NCBI RefSeq assembly: GCF_001194135.2
Contig: NC_068981.1
Location: 19,547,980 to 19,606,354, forward strand
Reading direction: 5' to 3'
Source of the DNA: Octopus bimaculoides
Lineage: Eukaryota
Length of the DNA: 58,375 bases
Position numbers and translations under genes: made by a program. This document shows positions 35,622 through 48,987 of this stretch, piece after piece; the stretch's first letter is position 1, and each line of letters opens with the position of its first letter. The notes under the pieces are model-generated. The model was not told where the DNA came from and searched no databases. It saw nothing but the letters and a program-made list of their open reading frames with translations.

Positions 35622-36520
35622 NNNNNNNNNNNNNNNNNNNNNNNNNNNNNNNNNNNNNNNNNNNNNNNNNNNNNNNNNNNNNNNNNNNNNNNNNNNNNNN
35701 NNNNNNNNNNNNNNNNNNNNNNNNNNNNNNNNNNNNNNNNNNNNNNNNNNNNNNNNNNNNNNNNNNNNNNNNNNNNNNNNNNNNNNNNNNNNNNNNNNNN
35801 NNNNNNNNNNNNNNNNNNNNNNNNNNNNNNNNNNNNNNNNNNNNNNNNNNNNNNNNNNNNNNNNNNNNNNNNNNNNNNNNNNNNNNNNNNNNNNNNNNNN
35901 NNNNNNNNNNNNNNNNNNNNNNNNNNNNNNNNNNNNNNNNNNNNNNNNNNNNNNNNNNNNNNNNNNNNNNNNNNNNNNNNNNNNNNNNNNNNNNNNNNNN
36001 NNNNNNNNNNNNNNNNNNNNNNNNNNNNNNNNNNNNNNNNNNNNNNNNNNNNNNNNNNNNNNNNNNNNNNNNNNNNNNNNNNNNNNNNNNNNNNNNNNNN
36101 NNNNNNNNNNNNNNNNNNNNNNNNNNNNNNNNNNNNNNNNNNNNNNNNNNNNNNNNNNNNNNNNNNNNNNNNNNNNNNNNNNNNNNNNNNNNNNNNNNNN
36201 NNNNNNNNNNNNNNNNNNNNNNNNNNNNNNNNNNNNNNNNNNNNNNNNNNNNNNNNNNNNNNNNNNNNNNNNNNNNNNNNNNNNNNNNNNNNNNNNNNNN
36301 NNNNNNNNNNNNNNNNNNNNNNNNNNNNNNTACTATGCTGGAGCTAGCTGACTCATCAAAGTTTGTGCCAACATCCCAGTTACCAATATTGATTACTTAC
36401 TGGCTTCTGATAACTGTAGCTTTTAAACGTTTACTTATTGCACCGTATACACCCTCACCCCCAGACACGCACAGAGTAACATATGTACATATACAGATTT
36501 GCACGTCCACACACACACAC

Positions 36521-36556
<36 letters not shown>

Positions 36557-36985
36557 ACACATACACACACACACGCACGTACATACACACGTGTGTACCA
36601 TTGTTACTGAAAGCTAGAGACGTGCATAAAGTGCACTGTCTAAAGCTGTTTGTCCGGGAATAATATAATATAAAACATATATTTATTGCTATGTATATTG
36701 TATTTCGGTGTATATATAGAGAGAGTGGTGCGTGTATTCCTTGTAACAGACACCGTAGCAAATACACATATACGGATAGTTCAACTCGCTTTTGAGAATC
36801 TTCACTGACGTTATAACAAAAAGGAAATATTCCCGTTGCTTCTGCGAAATTTGTATATATCAAATTATGCATACATACATAATGCACGCGTGCATTTATA
36901 CACAAACACACGTACATATATATAGATACATAGATAGATATAGATATAAATATACAAACATGTGTATGTATTATGTTTCTTTGTT

Positions 36986-37024
<39 letters not shown>

Positions 37025-37194
37025 GTCTGTCTAACTATATACATAGATATGTATGTATATATGCATGTATATGTATATNNNNNNNNNNNNNNNNNNNNNN
37101 NNNNNNNNNNNNNNNNNNNNNNNNNNNNNNNNNNNNNNNNNNNNNNNNNNNNNNNNNNNNNNNNNNNNNNNNNNNNNNNNNNNNNNNNNNNNNN

Positions 37195-37270
<76 letters not shown>

Positions 37271-37316
37271 TCATACAAATACATATGTATCTATATGTTT
37301 ATATATATATATATAT

Positions 37317-38340
37317 AAGTGCTTTGAAGAGTGCCTCAACAAAATCAAGTCCTTCCTTCAAAATTACAACTCCGGAAACATACCAGTGATGGGTGATTTT
37401 AACCTCCCTCATATAAACTGGCCCACAAATACTCTGAAGTTAGGCAAATGCTCTACATTAGATAAAGTAGCAGCAGAATTACTCTTTAATCTGATGGATA
37501 AATTCTCCCTGACTCAGCTAGTGCTCGAACCAACAAGACAGAATAAAACGATCTTGGATCTAATATTAACCAACCACTCTAGCTCCGTTTATAGTATTTC
37601 AGTTGAAAAAACTCTCCTCTCAGACCACGACATGATACTCTGCAATTTTAATTCCCGGCATATCATAACCAAACCAGCCAATCCCACTCCATGGCACTCA
37701 TTTGACAACATAAGCTTCCACAAAGCGGACTTGTTAGCAATCAGAAAGGATCTTTCCTTCATCGACTGGTTTTTCACTCTCAGCTCCACTCACATTGAGA
37801 CCGCATGGCAGCACTTTGAGAACATTGTCACCTATACATGCTCAAAACACGTTCCTACGAAATTCACGAACACAAACAGAAACCGGATCCCTAAAAAGAA
37901 AAAAAAACTCATCAAGCGCATCAAAAGACTCAATAAAATAATTAAAATACTCAATAATATAATTAAAACTCAATAAAATAATTAAAATACTCCCACATAC
38001 AACATTCACATTCAACAACAATGAAAAGGCTGGAGTTGGAAAAACTTCATCTGCAGACCGACATGAAAACCTCCATTGAAAATCAAAGAGCTGCGGAGGA
38101 ACAGTGGGTAATCAAAAACATCAAACAGAACCCTAAAGTGTTCTATTATTATGCAAATAAGCATAGGACCGAAGTCTCACCCATTGGCCGTTGATCGATG
38201 ATAACGGCATTTCCCAACACGATGCTAAAGAAATGGCAGAAATACTGCAGAAACAATACTGCTCTGTCTTTAGTGATCCCACTGATATTGACGTAAGAGA
38301 AGCAAACGAAGTTGATTCCCAACATATAATCTCAGACATA
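37317..38340 (+). mobile_element. CR1/L2-group LINE fragment: APE endonuclease C-terminus and linker
   Basis: [52 protein letters not shown] and EMAEILQKQYCSVFS. Confidence 0.9.
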
Positions 38341-38465
38341 ATCTGGCAGTATATTCTCCACATCGGGCAAATGATGTACCGCTCGCGGAGGCACTGGAGA
38401 GAGTAGAGTTTCAAGGCCTTAAGGCGGTCCCAGTAATCGAGATCAGTTATGCCCTTATTGTCTAT
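38341..38465 (-). mobile_element. CR1-like post-RT fragment in opposite orientation
   Basis: KGITDLDYWDRLKALKLYSLQCLRERYIICPMWRI matches the CR1-type motif LxYWERLKxLxLYSLQRRRERY. Confidence 0.85.
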
Positions 38466-39974
38466 CAATATATACATGTATGTATATCTATACATCCATA
38501 TATGTATGTACATGTGTATGTGTATATGTGTGTGTGTATGTGTATATGTGTGTGCGCGCGTGTATATATNNNNNNNNNNNNNNNNNNNNNNNNNNNNNNN
38601 NNNNNNNNNNNNNNNNNNNNNNNNNNNNNNNNNNNNNNNNNNNNNNNNNNNNNNNNNNNNNNNNNNNNNNNNNNNNNNNNNNNNNNNNNNNNNNNNNNNN
38701 NNNNNNNNNNNNNNNNNNNNNNNNNNNNNNNNNNNNNNNNNNNNNNNNNNNNNNNNNNNNNNNNNNNNNNNNNNNNNNNNNNNNNNNNNNNNNNNNNNNN
38801 NNNNNNNNNNNNNNNNNNNNNNNNNNNNNNNNNNNNNNNNNNNNNNNNNNNNNNNNNNNNNNNNNNNNNNNNNNNNNNNNNNNNNNNNNNNNNNNNNNNN
38901 NNNNNNNNNNNNNNNNNNNNNNNNNNNNNNNNNNNNNNNNNNNNNNNNNNNNNNNNNNNNNNNNNNNNNNNNNNNNNNNNNNNNNNNNNNNNNNNNNNNN
39001 NNNNNNNNNNNNNNNNNNNNNNNNNNNNNNNNNNNNNNNNNNNNNNNNNNNNNNNNNNNNNNNNNNNNNNNNNNNNNNNNNNNNNNNNNNNNNNNNNNNN
39101 NNNNNNNNNNNNNNNNNNNNNNNNNNNNNNNNNNNNNNNNNNNNNNNNNNNNNNNNNNNNNNNNNNNNNNNNNNNNNNNNNNNNNNNNNNNNNNNNNNNN
39201 NNNNNNNNNNNNNNNNNNNNNNNNNNNNNNNNNNNNNNNNNNNNNNNNNNNNNNNNNNNNNNNNNNNNNNNNNNNNNNNNNNNNNNNNNACAACAATAAC
39301 AGCAACAACAACAACGGCAACCTCATTATCGTCATAATGCTGTGGACATTTTTCACTTGTTTGTAACATATTTACAGCATGAAATATTGTCAAACCATGG
39401 CCGTCTATTTTCCTACCTTCCTATCTACCTTTCTCGAAACATATACAGTTACCTAGCTATATGGTTACCTATCTATCTCACTATCTATCTACATACATTG
39501 ACAGTTATCTTCTTCACACCTACCTCTACTACCTACGTATACTACCTACCTCAATATCAACACATTCACAGTTATGTACCTTCTAAACTATTTAGCTATT
39601 CTACCTACATACCTATATACCTTTTCTTTTATCGTTTACTTGCTCCAGTCAATAGACTGTGGCCATGCTACAGCGCAGCCTTGAAGAATTTTTTGTCGAA
39701 GGAATTGACCCCAATATTTTTTAAACATTTTACTTATTCTAGCATTCTCTTGTCGAACCGTTAAGTGTCGAGATCGTAAACACATCAACACCTGTCTTCA
39801 AGAGGTGGTGGGGGACAAACGCAAACACACACACACACACACATACATACATACATACATACACACAAAGACACACACTCACACACATACACACACATTT
39901 AAACACGCTCACACGCATAGACATAGAGGCCGATACACATACACACACACATATATATATATATAAATATATAT

Positions 39975-40160
39975 AGGGAGAATTCACAAAAAAAAACAGA
40001 CGAAGACAGCTGGTGTAGAAAACAAACAGTTGTATTAGTATAACGCTCGAGAATTAAAAAAGTCTTTAAAGCTTCGAGCCTATGCTCTTCTACGGAAAGG
40101 AACACAGAAAGAAACAAGGAGAGAATACAAAATGAATGTAGCGGTTAGCGATCTATCATG
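39975..40160 (-). mobile_element. Penelope-type terminal-repeat fragment (decayed hammerhead core)
   Basis: Homologous to 32887-33003. The core is degenerate: CCGTAGAAGAGCATAGGCTCGAAGCTT. Confidence 0.5.
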
Positions 40161-40345
40161 ACGATAAAATACTTACCTGGAATTGTATCTCGGAGATATA
40201 AATAAATAAAGCTATAATTAATACCATGTAAGTATTGGGTTGAAAAATCCTTTAGGATGGAAGAAGTCGAAGGCAGCCTTCGACATCTTTTTTTTTTTTT
40301 TTTGCACAAAAGGATCTTTCAACCCATGCTATATTTATAGTCTTA

Positions 40346-40610
40346 CTAGCTGTATAACCCGACCTTGTCCGGGTGTGACTTATTACGCCATCTACGATAA
40401 GTCTTGCTAGGTGAAAATCAACCAAAAAAGAAAGCCTTACAACGAAAAAACCCTTATGATGTAAATAAGTTCATAATTCAAAAGACGATGAAATTAATAG
40501 GGAGAGTCTGAAGGCTATTTTACGTAATATTATTAAGCGTACGTAAATTTCATCCGTCTAATTGGCTATAGAAATGCTTGTGCAAAACAACTTTTTGCGC
40601 TGCCCTGATT
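40346..40610 (-). mobile_element. Helitron 3' end
   Basis: Minus strand ACCCGGACAAGGTCGGGTT-ATACAG-CTAG|T, a GC hairpin followed by CTAG. Confidence 0.65.
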
Positions 40611-41077
40611 NNNNNNNNNNNNNNNNNNNNNNNNNNNNNNNNNNNNNNNNNNNNNNNNNNNNNNNNNNNNNNNNNNNNNNNNNNNNNNNNNNNNNNNNNN
40701 NNNNNNNNNNNNNNNNNNNNNNNNNNNNNNNNNNNNNNNNNNNNNNNNGTAATCCCTTTTAGCAGGAGCTAGGACGGCAATTTGTGATGAAGCAATTGCT
40801 GGCGATCTGTTGCTACACAGTTTTGCCAGAATTCTATCAGATTGGGCAGAAGATGTTGATGCATCATTTTGCATTATGTTCAAAGTAACTTCTGGAATGT
40901 GGTGAATTGCTGCAGTCTGTTGCTGTCATTTTAAACCGGTTGCTTTCTTTTCCCAGCAAACTCTCTTCTTTGGAGGCATAATCTATGTATATATTAAACA
41001 GAACAAAAGTTATAATAGATGGCAGGGTCGGTACTTTTCACATATCTGTAATTTTTCAGATTAACACCCGCACGATT

Positions 41078-41255
41078 ACCCAACTCTAATCCTAGACCTA
41101 ATTCTAACACTAACCCTAACATTCACCCTAAACCCTAATTCTAAAACCCTAACCCTGACCCTAAAACCGTAACCGTAACACTAATCCTAACCCTAACCAT
41201 AACCGTAACCCTAAACCGTAACCCTGACCCTAAAACCCTAACACTAACACCCTAG
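41078..41255. repeat. Degenerate interstitial (CCCTAA)n-like tract
   Basis: Mixed CCCTAA, CCCTGA, CCGTAA and CACTAA units. Confidence 0.85.
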
Positions 41256-42194
41256 TGAAAATCGTGGTATATTTACAAAACATTGACGAACATGAGTTGN
41301 NNNNNNNNNNNNNNNNNNNNNNNNNNNNNNNNNNNNNNNNNNNNNNNNNNNNNNNNNNNNNNNNNNNNNNNNNNNNNNNNNNNNNNNNNNNNNNNNNNNN
41401 NNNNNNNNNNNNNNNNNNNNNNNNNNNNNNNNNNNNNNNNNNNNNNNNNNNNNNNNNNNNNNNNNNNNNNNNNNNNNNNNNNNNNNNNNNNNNNNNNNNN
41501 NNNNNNNNNNNNNNNNNNNNNNNNNNNNNNNNNNNNNNNNNNNNNNNNNNNNNNNNNNNNNNNNNNNNNNNNNNNNNNNNNNNNNNNNNNNNNNNNNNNN
41601 NNNNNNNNNNNNNNNNNNNNNNNNNNNNNNNNNNNNNNNNNNNNNNNNNNNNNNNNNNNNNNNNNNNNNNNNNNNNNNNNNNNNNNNNNNNNNNNNNNNN
41701 NNNNNNNNNNNNNNNNNNNNNNNNNNNNNNNNNNNNNNNNNNNNNNNNNNNNNNNNNNNNNNNNNNNNNNNNNNNNNNNNNNNNNNNNNNNNNNNNNNNN
41801 NNNNNNNNNNNNNNNNNNNNNNNNNNNNNNNNNNNNNNNNNNNNNNNNNNNNNNNNNNNNNNNNNNNNNNNNNNNNNNNNNNNNNNNNNNNNNNNNNNNN
41901 NNNNNNNNNNNNNNNNNNNNNNNNNNNNNNNNNNNNNNNNNNNNNNNNNNNNNNNNNNNNNNNNNNNNNNNNNNNNNNNNNNNNNNNNNNNNNNNNNNNN
42001 NNNNNNNNNNNNNNNNNNNNNNNNNNNNNNNNNNNNNNNNNNNNNNNNNNNNNNNNNNNNNNNNNNNNNNNNNNNNNNNNNNNNNNNNNNNNNNNNNNNN
42101 NNNNNNNNAGGTAGAGGAAAAGTATTAAATGAGAGAGAGGAAGAAGTAAGAGTTTAAAGGTAAACCAAGTTAATCTATGACTATCTATGTATCA

Positions 42195-42247
<53 letters not shown>

Positions 42248-42344
42248 CCTCTCTTACTCTAATTTTCTATAAGAACGCCGATAGAGGGAGAAGGGAAGGA
42301 ATATAAAAGTTGCTAGAAACGACAGCCAAATCTCCCTTAAATCA

Positions 42345-42510
42345 CACAAAGTAAACGGAATTTTAAAAATCTAATTACTGCACTGGAAAGTTCAGATCGA
42401 GAAAATTCCATTGATGTAAAAAATTTTACGAAAAAGTGGAAAATATGGATTTCTATAAACTTTCAAAAAGGCTTCACGCAGACACACAACTTCAGCTTTA
42501 TATATTAAGA
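42345..42510 (-). mobile_element. Helitron 5' end
   Basis: Minus strand A|TCTTAATATATAAAGCTGAAGTTGTGTGTCTG, a typical Helitron 5' terminus. Confidence 0.6.
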
Positions 42511-42585
42511 TAAGTACTCCAGGATCCAATTCCAAAAGGAAATATTTCATGACTTCTTGAAAGTTTATAAATTCTTATGACGTCA

Positions 42586-42616
<31 letters not shown>

Positions 42617-43037
42617 TGTGTGTGTATGTATGTATGTGTGTATAATTACAAGCTGTAAAATCAATATTTATACGAAAATGTAATTTTTATCACTACTTAA
42701 CTTTAAAACTCTATTAGAACGCACAATACAAGTTCATATGACGACCTCTCATATGGACTTGCGGTGTATAAAAGCACTTGTGTTTATATCGCTGGCGAAC
42801 GAGAACCACCCGCCACGGCTGCTGGAACTGCCAGATCTTGTGATTTCAGCCTTCTTTGGCCTTGTCAATAGCAGTGGTCCGGATCCAGCTAGACACAACA
42901 GCTGATACATACATACATACATACATACATACATACATACATACATACATACATACAACCTCTTCTTGATTGTAGTCGTAGTGTTTTATTGACAACCATG
43001 TCCTTGATAGCAAAGCTGTAAAGAAAAGATATATATT

Positions 43038-43448
43038 GCGCAGGAGTGGCTGTGTTGTAAGTAGCTTGCTTACCAATCACATGGTCATGGGTTCAGTCCC
43101 ACTGCGTGGCACCTTGGGCAAGTGTCTTCTACTATAGCCTCGGGCCGACCAAAGCCTTGTGAGTGGATTTGGTAGACAGAAACTGGAAGAGGCCCGTCGT
43201 ATATGTATGTATATATATATGTGTATGTGTGTATATGTTTGTGTGTCTGTGTTTGCCCCCACCCACCCCACCCAACATCGCTTGACAACTGATGCTGGTG
43301 TGTTTACGTCCCCGTAACTTAGCGGTTCGGCAAAAACAGACCGATAGAATAAGTACTAGGCTTACACAGAATAAGCTCTGGGGTCGATTTGCTCGACTAA
43401 AGGCGCTGCTCCCGCATGGCCGCAATCAAATGACTGAAACAAGTAAAG
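43038..43448 (+). mobile_element. Family A SINE, full length (reference copy)
   Basis: GCGCAGGAGTGGCTGTGTTGTAAG (A-box), GGTTCAGTCCC (B-box), CORE-like GGCACCTTGGGCAAGTG, internal (TA/TG)n, 3' body and AAGTAAAGA tail. Confidence 0.92.
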
Positions 43449-44019
43449 AAAAAAGAAAAATATTACCACCGACTAGTCTTTTTTTGTGTTATTTCTTTGT
43501 TTTGTTTGTTTGTTTGTTTCGTTTTTTTTTTTCTCATATATGGTGATCATCTGTGACATTCAACACCGACGAACGAATGTTTAAGAAGTTTAGTCTACAT
43601 ACATAAGGCTTCCAGATCCGATCTCAATACAAGGTACCACATAATGTTTAGAGAAGTACATGGAGGTTACACGTTTCCAGTGGTGTAACTAGAATGTGTG
43701 CAACCTTAGGCTGCCCTTGTGCTTGCTGCCCTCCCCCAAATCCCCAGAGCAATACAGACTTATACAGCGACCCAAAAGTTCCGCCGCCAGAAAAACGTCA
43801 CCCGGAACCCATCACATACTTATCTCTTCTTCACTTCCAGCTCTCTTAATTTACTGAGTGTATAGTTCCTTCGATGGAACAACGGTTTGGTCATAATCCT
43901 AATGGACGGAAGATCAATGAAGAATTATGGAGTTGTGTCAATTCTTGAAACAACTCGTGTTCAGTCATATTTTGATCAAGTCAAGGTGTTACCTGTCCTG
44001 CTACTCTAAAATATCTCAT

Positions 44020-44402
44020 CTGAAATAATCTTTTACTTGTGTCAGTCATTGAACTGCGGCCATGCTGGAGTAGCGCATTTAAAAGTTCAGTCGATCAAAT
44101 CAAGTCCAACAATTATTTTAAAGTTTAGTCCTTATTCTATTCTTTTTCCTGAATCGCTAAGTTACGGAGTCGTAAATAGAGGAACACCGATTGTCAAGCG
44201 ATGGGTAAGACAAAAGACATAAACACGATACACACATACATACGAGGAGCTTCCGCACAGTTTTCCCTCAACCAAATTCCCTCACCGGGCATTAGTTGAT
44301 TCGGAGCTATAGTAGTAGAAGACTCTTGCTTAATGTGCCCCGCGATGGGACTGAAATCGAAACCACATGGTTGTAAACTGAGCTTCTTAACCACACAGCC
44401 AC
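44020..44402 (-). mobile_element. Family A SINE, diverged
   Basis: Collinear with the reference copy at lower identity. Confidence 0.7.
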
Positions 44403-44482
44403 GCCCGAGTATAATGTGAAAAATATATTTTGGGTACACACTGTGTTTGTGAACTCCTTAACAATGCTTCATGAACGTCTTA

Positions 44483-44688
44483 TATTCTTTTACTTGTTTC
44501 AGTCATTGGACTGCGGCCATGCTGGAGCACCGCCTTTAGTCGAACAAATCGACCCCAGGACTTATTCTTTGTAAGCCTAATATTTATTGTATCGGTTCCT
44601 TTTTTCCGAACACTTAAGTTAAGGGGACGTAAACACACCAACATCGGTTGTCAAGCGATGGTGGGAGGACAAACACAGACACACAAAT

Positions 44689-44725
<37 letters not shown>

Positions 44726-44938
44726 CGACAGGCTTCTTTCAGTTTCCGTCAACCAAATCCACTCACAAGGCTTTGGTCGGCCCGTGGTTATAGTAGAAGA
44801 CACTTGTCCAAGGTTCCACGCAGTAGGACTGAACCGGAACCATGTGGCTGGGAAGCGAGCTTCTTACCACACAGCGGGACTGAACCGGGAACCATGTGGT
44901 TGGGAGGCAAGCTTCTTACCACACAGCCACTCCTGCGC
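44483..44938 (-). mobile_element. Family A SINE with a tandem duplication in the tRNA-like head
   Basis: A ~50-bp unit is duplicated at 44826-44875 and 44876-44927. Confidence 0.9.
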
Positions 44939-45076
44939 ATATATACGTCTTTTTTTCTGTATTCTGGTTTTACAGCATTGACACCAGCACACTTTGTTGA
45001 ATGGAGAAGTTGTTCTTCGTAGATAAAATACCACAGCGATTAATATATTCACGTTTTAATTAAGCGGAGTATATTA

Positions 45077-45420
45077 CTCTTTTACTCTTTTACTTGTTTC
45101 AGTAATTTGACTGCGGCGATGCTGGAGCACCGCCTTTTGTCGAGCAAATCTACCCCAGGACTTATTCTTTGTAAGCCTAGTACTTATTCTATCGGTGTCT
45201 TTTGCCGAACCGCTAAGTTACGGGGACGTAAACACACCATCATCGGTTGTCAAGCGGTTTTGGGGGAGACAAACACAGACACACAAACACACACACACAC
45301 ACATACATATATACATATATACGACGGGCTTCTTTCTGTTTCCGTCTACCAAATCCACTCACAAGGCTTTGGTCGGCTCGAGGCTATAGTAGAAGACACT
45401 TCCCTACTTACCACACAGCT
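45077..45420 (-). mobile_element. Family A SINE, head partly deleted
   Basis: Collinear 3' body and CORE-like segment. Confidence 0.85.
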
Positions 45421-45435
45421 GTTTCAAATTTTGAC

Positions 45436-45632
45436 AGAAGGTCGGCAATTTTGGGGGTGGGTGCTAATCGTTTACATTGACCCCAGTATTCAATTGGTAC
45501 TTATTTTACTGACCCCGAAAAGCTGAAAGGCAAAGTCGACCACGGCAGAATTTGAACTCAGAACGTAAAATTGGATCAAATACCGGTAAACAGTTTGCTC
45601 GGTGTTCTAACGATTCTTTCAGCTTGCCGCCC
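45436..45632 (-). mobile_element. Family B SINE
   Basis: GACCCCAGTATTCAATTGGTAC..GAAAGGCAAAGTCGACC..GAATTTGAACTCAGAAC. Confidence 0.8.
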
Positions 45633-47318
45633 TGATTAACTGGAACATATCAAGAATGAATACGTACTTAATGGTTTTGATGTTCGCTATTCTTCTTGCA
45701 CGTGACGATTCTATTTTTGGATTCTACCAAGTTTGTTTTGTTAACTCGACTACATTTTATTCCTCTTTATTGGTTGTTGTTGTTATCTTTTTGTTCCTTA
45801 TTTTATTCTTGATTGTTCTGGTTACCAAAACATAGTTCATAGGGAGATGGTACCTCGAGGACATTCTTTCACAGTTAGCAATGATGTATCTAATGTTTTC
45901 CGATTGGGATTTGTGTACTACATTTGTTGTTAGCTGATGCTTTTTGTCTTTTTGTTGGTTACTTGGTAGGGATTTCATACTCCAGAGTTACACACATAAA
46001 TATGCATGCTACTACATATGTGAGTGTGTGCGAATGTATCTATACATGTGTATATATGTGCATGTTTGTATGTAAGAATATATGCATGTTTTTGTCGAGT
46101 GCATGTACGTACGTATGTATTACGTATACATTTTTGTAAGTGTACGTGGTATGTGGATGTATGTATATACACACACACACAACAAACTCTCTCATATAGT
46201 GTATGGTACACTTGTATGTACATATTTTCTAATATACGTATGCATATGTAGTATATATTCATGTCTCTTTTTAATTTCTACTTATAAAGAAGGGTTGGCT
46301 TAGTAAGAAACAAAACTTCGTCGTTGAAATTTAGAAAGCAATAAAAGTCTTGTATCTTTCTTATTAGTTTTGAAGGAAACGTTCACTCCTGCAGGACATC
46401 TGAACTCCACAACAGTGCATAATCTGTTTTCTGTCCTTTACAACTATATTGACCTGATGCGTGTTAATTTAGTGCAGCTATTTTACGGGTATATTCCACT
46501 AATATTCTATATATCGGAACGAAAAAATACATTCAACATGAAGCGCATTTATTAAATCTGTCCCAAAACAATCTTTTCAACAGATGATATTGTATATTAT
46601 TTTAGCAAAAACGTCACGCCACCGAAGAAGGTAATATCTTGTTGACATTTTTCGACAGCTGCTGATCATATGCGTAAAGTTTTCCACATGTAGTTCATAT
46701 AAATCAGAATTTTCGGAAGCATCTTGATGGTTTAAGGACATCGCTGTGTCTTTTGTTCAGGATACTTAGCAGCCATCATCTGCTTTTGGATTGCGAAAGT
46801 TTAACCTTTGAACTGTGACACCATGTAACGGCCACGACTCCAAGAGAGGCTACACTTCCTATCAACTGGCATATGAAAACACCATTAGTACAATGTTTCG
46901 CTTCCAGGATTTTTTATAAGTAAGAGGAGAAAGGATATTGCTTATGACCCTTTTAGGGGTTTCATAACTGGTGGAAGGAAAGGAGGAAGTTATCTTCAGA
47001 TTAGAAATATGACTCGAATTGTCTACCACCGATCAATAGGAAAGGGTCATTTGACGGGCTTCCACGCAGTTTCCCTCAATCGAATTTCACTGATATGGCT
47101 TTGGTCAACGCAAAGCTATAGTTGAAGATATTTTCCCATGGTAGAGCGTTGTGGGATGAACCTGCAAAGTAAACTTCTTAACTGCACAGCCATGCCTGCG
47201 CCCGTGAGGTTTGTTCGTTCACTAGTTTTGGTGGCACAAGAAACATCTGCTTTTTCAAGAGTTCACTGCTATTTCCTAAGATATGTATGTACGAATATTT
47301 AGCATGTATGTATGCATA

Positions 47319-47359
<41 letters not shown>

Positions 47360-47485
47360 ATGTATATGTATATGACCATAAGCTTGTGTGCTTGTGTTTG
47401 CCAGTAGATATATAGGTATACAGGTATATATCGTATACATAACGAGAGAAAATTATCCCATAAAAAGACACACACGCACACACAA

Positions 47486-47553
<68 letters not shown>

Positions 47554-47694
47554 GTGTGTGTATATATATATGTGTGTGCGTACATATATATACATATATA
47601 TATATAACGAGAGGAAATTATCCAATAAATACATACATATACACACAGACACGCAAACATACACACACGTATATGACGAGAGAAAAGTCATCCA

Positions 47695-47748
<54 letters not shown>

Positions 47749-48146
47749 GTATGTGGACGTGTGTAAATGTGTGTGTGTGAACTGTGTGTGTGGGTGGGGG
47801 GTGTATGATGTGTTATTGATCTCAGGTTGTGGAGAAAATTATTTGGCATATTTTGTTATATTGTGAGTTCAAATTCTACTGATGTCAACTTTGCTTTTCA
47901 TTTCTTTTCTTTCAGGGGTCAATAAAATAATTACCAATAAAATATTTAAGACACAACATGTCTCCTCTGCAAAATAAATGGCTTTGTGCCAGTCTAAGAA
48001 GCCATTATGTTATTGATCTCAGGTCTCCTTAAATTCTTTGATCTTTTTATTTTTGTCATCGATTATAAAATGGATGGCAGACAAATGTGAAATTTTCGGT
48101 CGTAGTGAAGATGTGTGAAGTTTGATGGTAGGAAAAAATAATGAAG

Positions 48147-48320
48147 TACCGTATTTGATGGCTTAACAGATGCACGGGCGTATCAGGCGTATCCATATTT
48201 CAGCAATGCAAACTCAGGAAAAAAGAAAATCGTTTTGGCGCATTAATACAAATAATGTAGGCCCAATATCTTATACAGGTGAGATTTTTGAGAATATTTT
48301 TTTAGGACAATTAGTAAGTT
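48147..48320 (+). mobile_element. pogo/Tc1-type left end
   Basis: TA|CCGTATTTGATGGCTTAACAGATGCAC resembles the reverse complement of the end at 17620-17648. Confidence 0.4.
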
Positions 48321-48987
48321 TTATATGCCATCAAATATGGTAGATAGACAGCGACCACGAGATGTCATATGTCTACAACAGAGTGTAGAAATCTTACCAA
48401 GGTGAGAGGGTAAAAATTATGGACTCTGCTCTATCTTCTCTGACTACGGTATAACAGAAAAAAAAACTGATGGATTGACAGGATGTCTAATCTGAAAACC
48501 CAGTGGCGTAACTAGAGTTTGTGCCGCCCGGGACGGCGTTTGAGCTAGCCCCACCCCCACCTCTAGCCTATACAGGCTTATGCAGCGGACCCTAAAGTGC
48601 CGCCCTCCTCAAAGCGTCACCCTCCTCCTCTTCTTCGTGTACGCTCCTCCTGAAATCTTATGTAACCTGATTAATATCACATTATTGTGTTATGTTCGGG
48701 TAAATTCACTTTCATGTGACATTAAAGTTGGTTGCAAAGTTGTTTAAGAGGGTTACTCGAGTAGCAGACTCGTTAGAGCATCAATAAAATATTTTGTGGT
48801 ACATTCAGTTACGGCCCTTTATGTTCTGAGTTCAAATCTCGCTGAGGTCGGTTTCCTTTGTTTGTTCTTCTTTTCGGGTCGATAAAGTATGTGCTAGAAG
48901 CCGTTACGTAGCTGGTGGAAGGTGTTCATTGAAGCAGTCCACCCAGGTGACACTTTTAGGAGTGGGGGATACGTTTAGATCTGTTGT

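Noticed and set aside
37317-38465. Twin-priming 5' inversion
   Set aside because: The segments converge, whereas twin priming predicts divergent orientation.
41078-41255. True telomere or chromosome-fusion scar
   Set aside because: The tract is short, highly degenerate, single-orientation and embedded among TE fragments.
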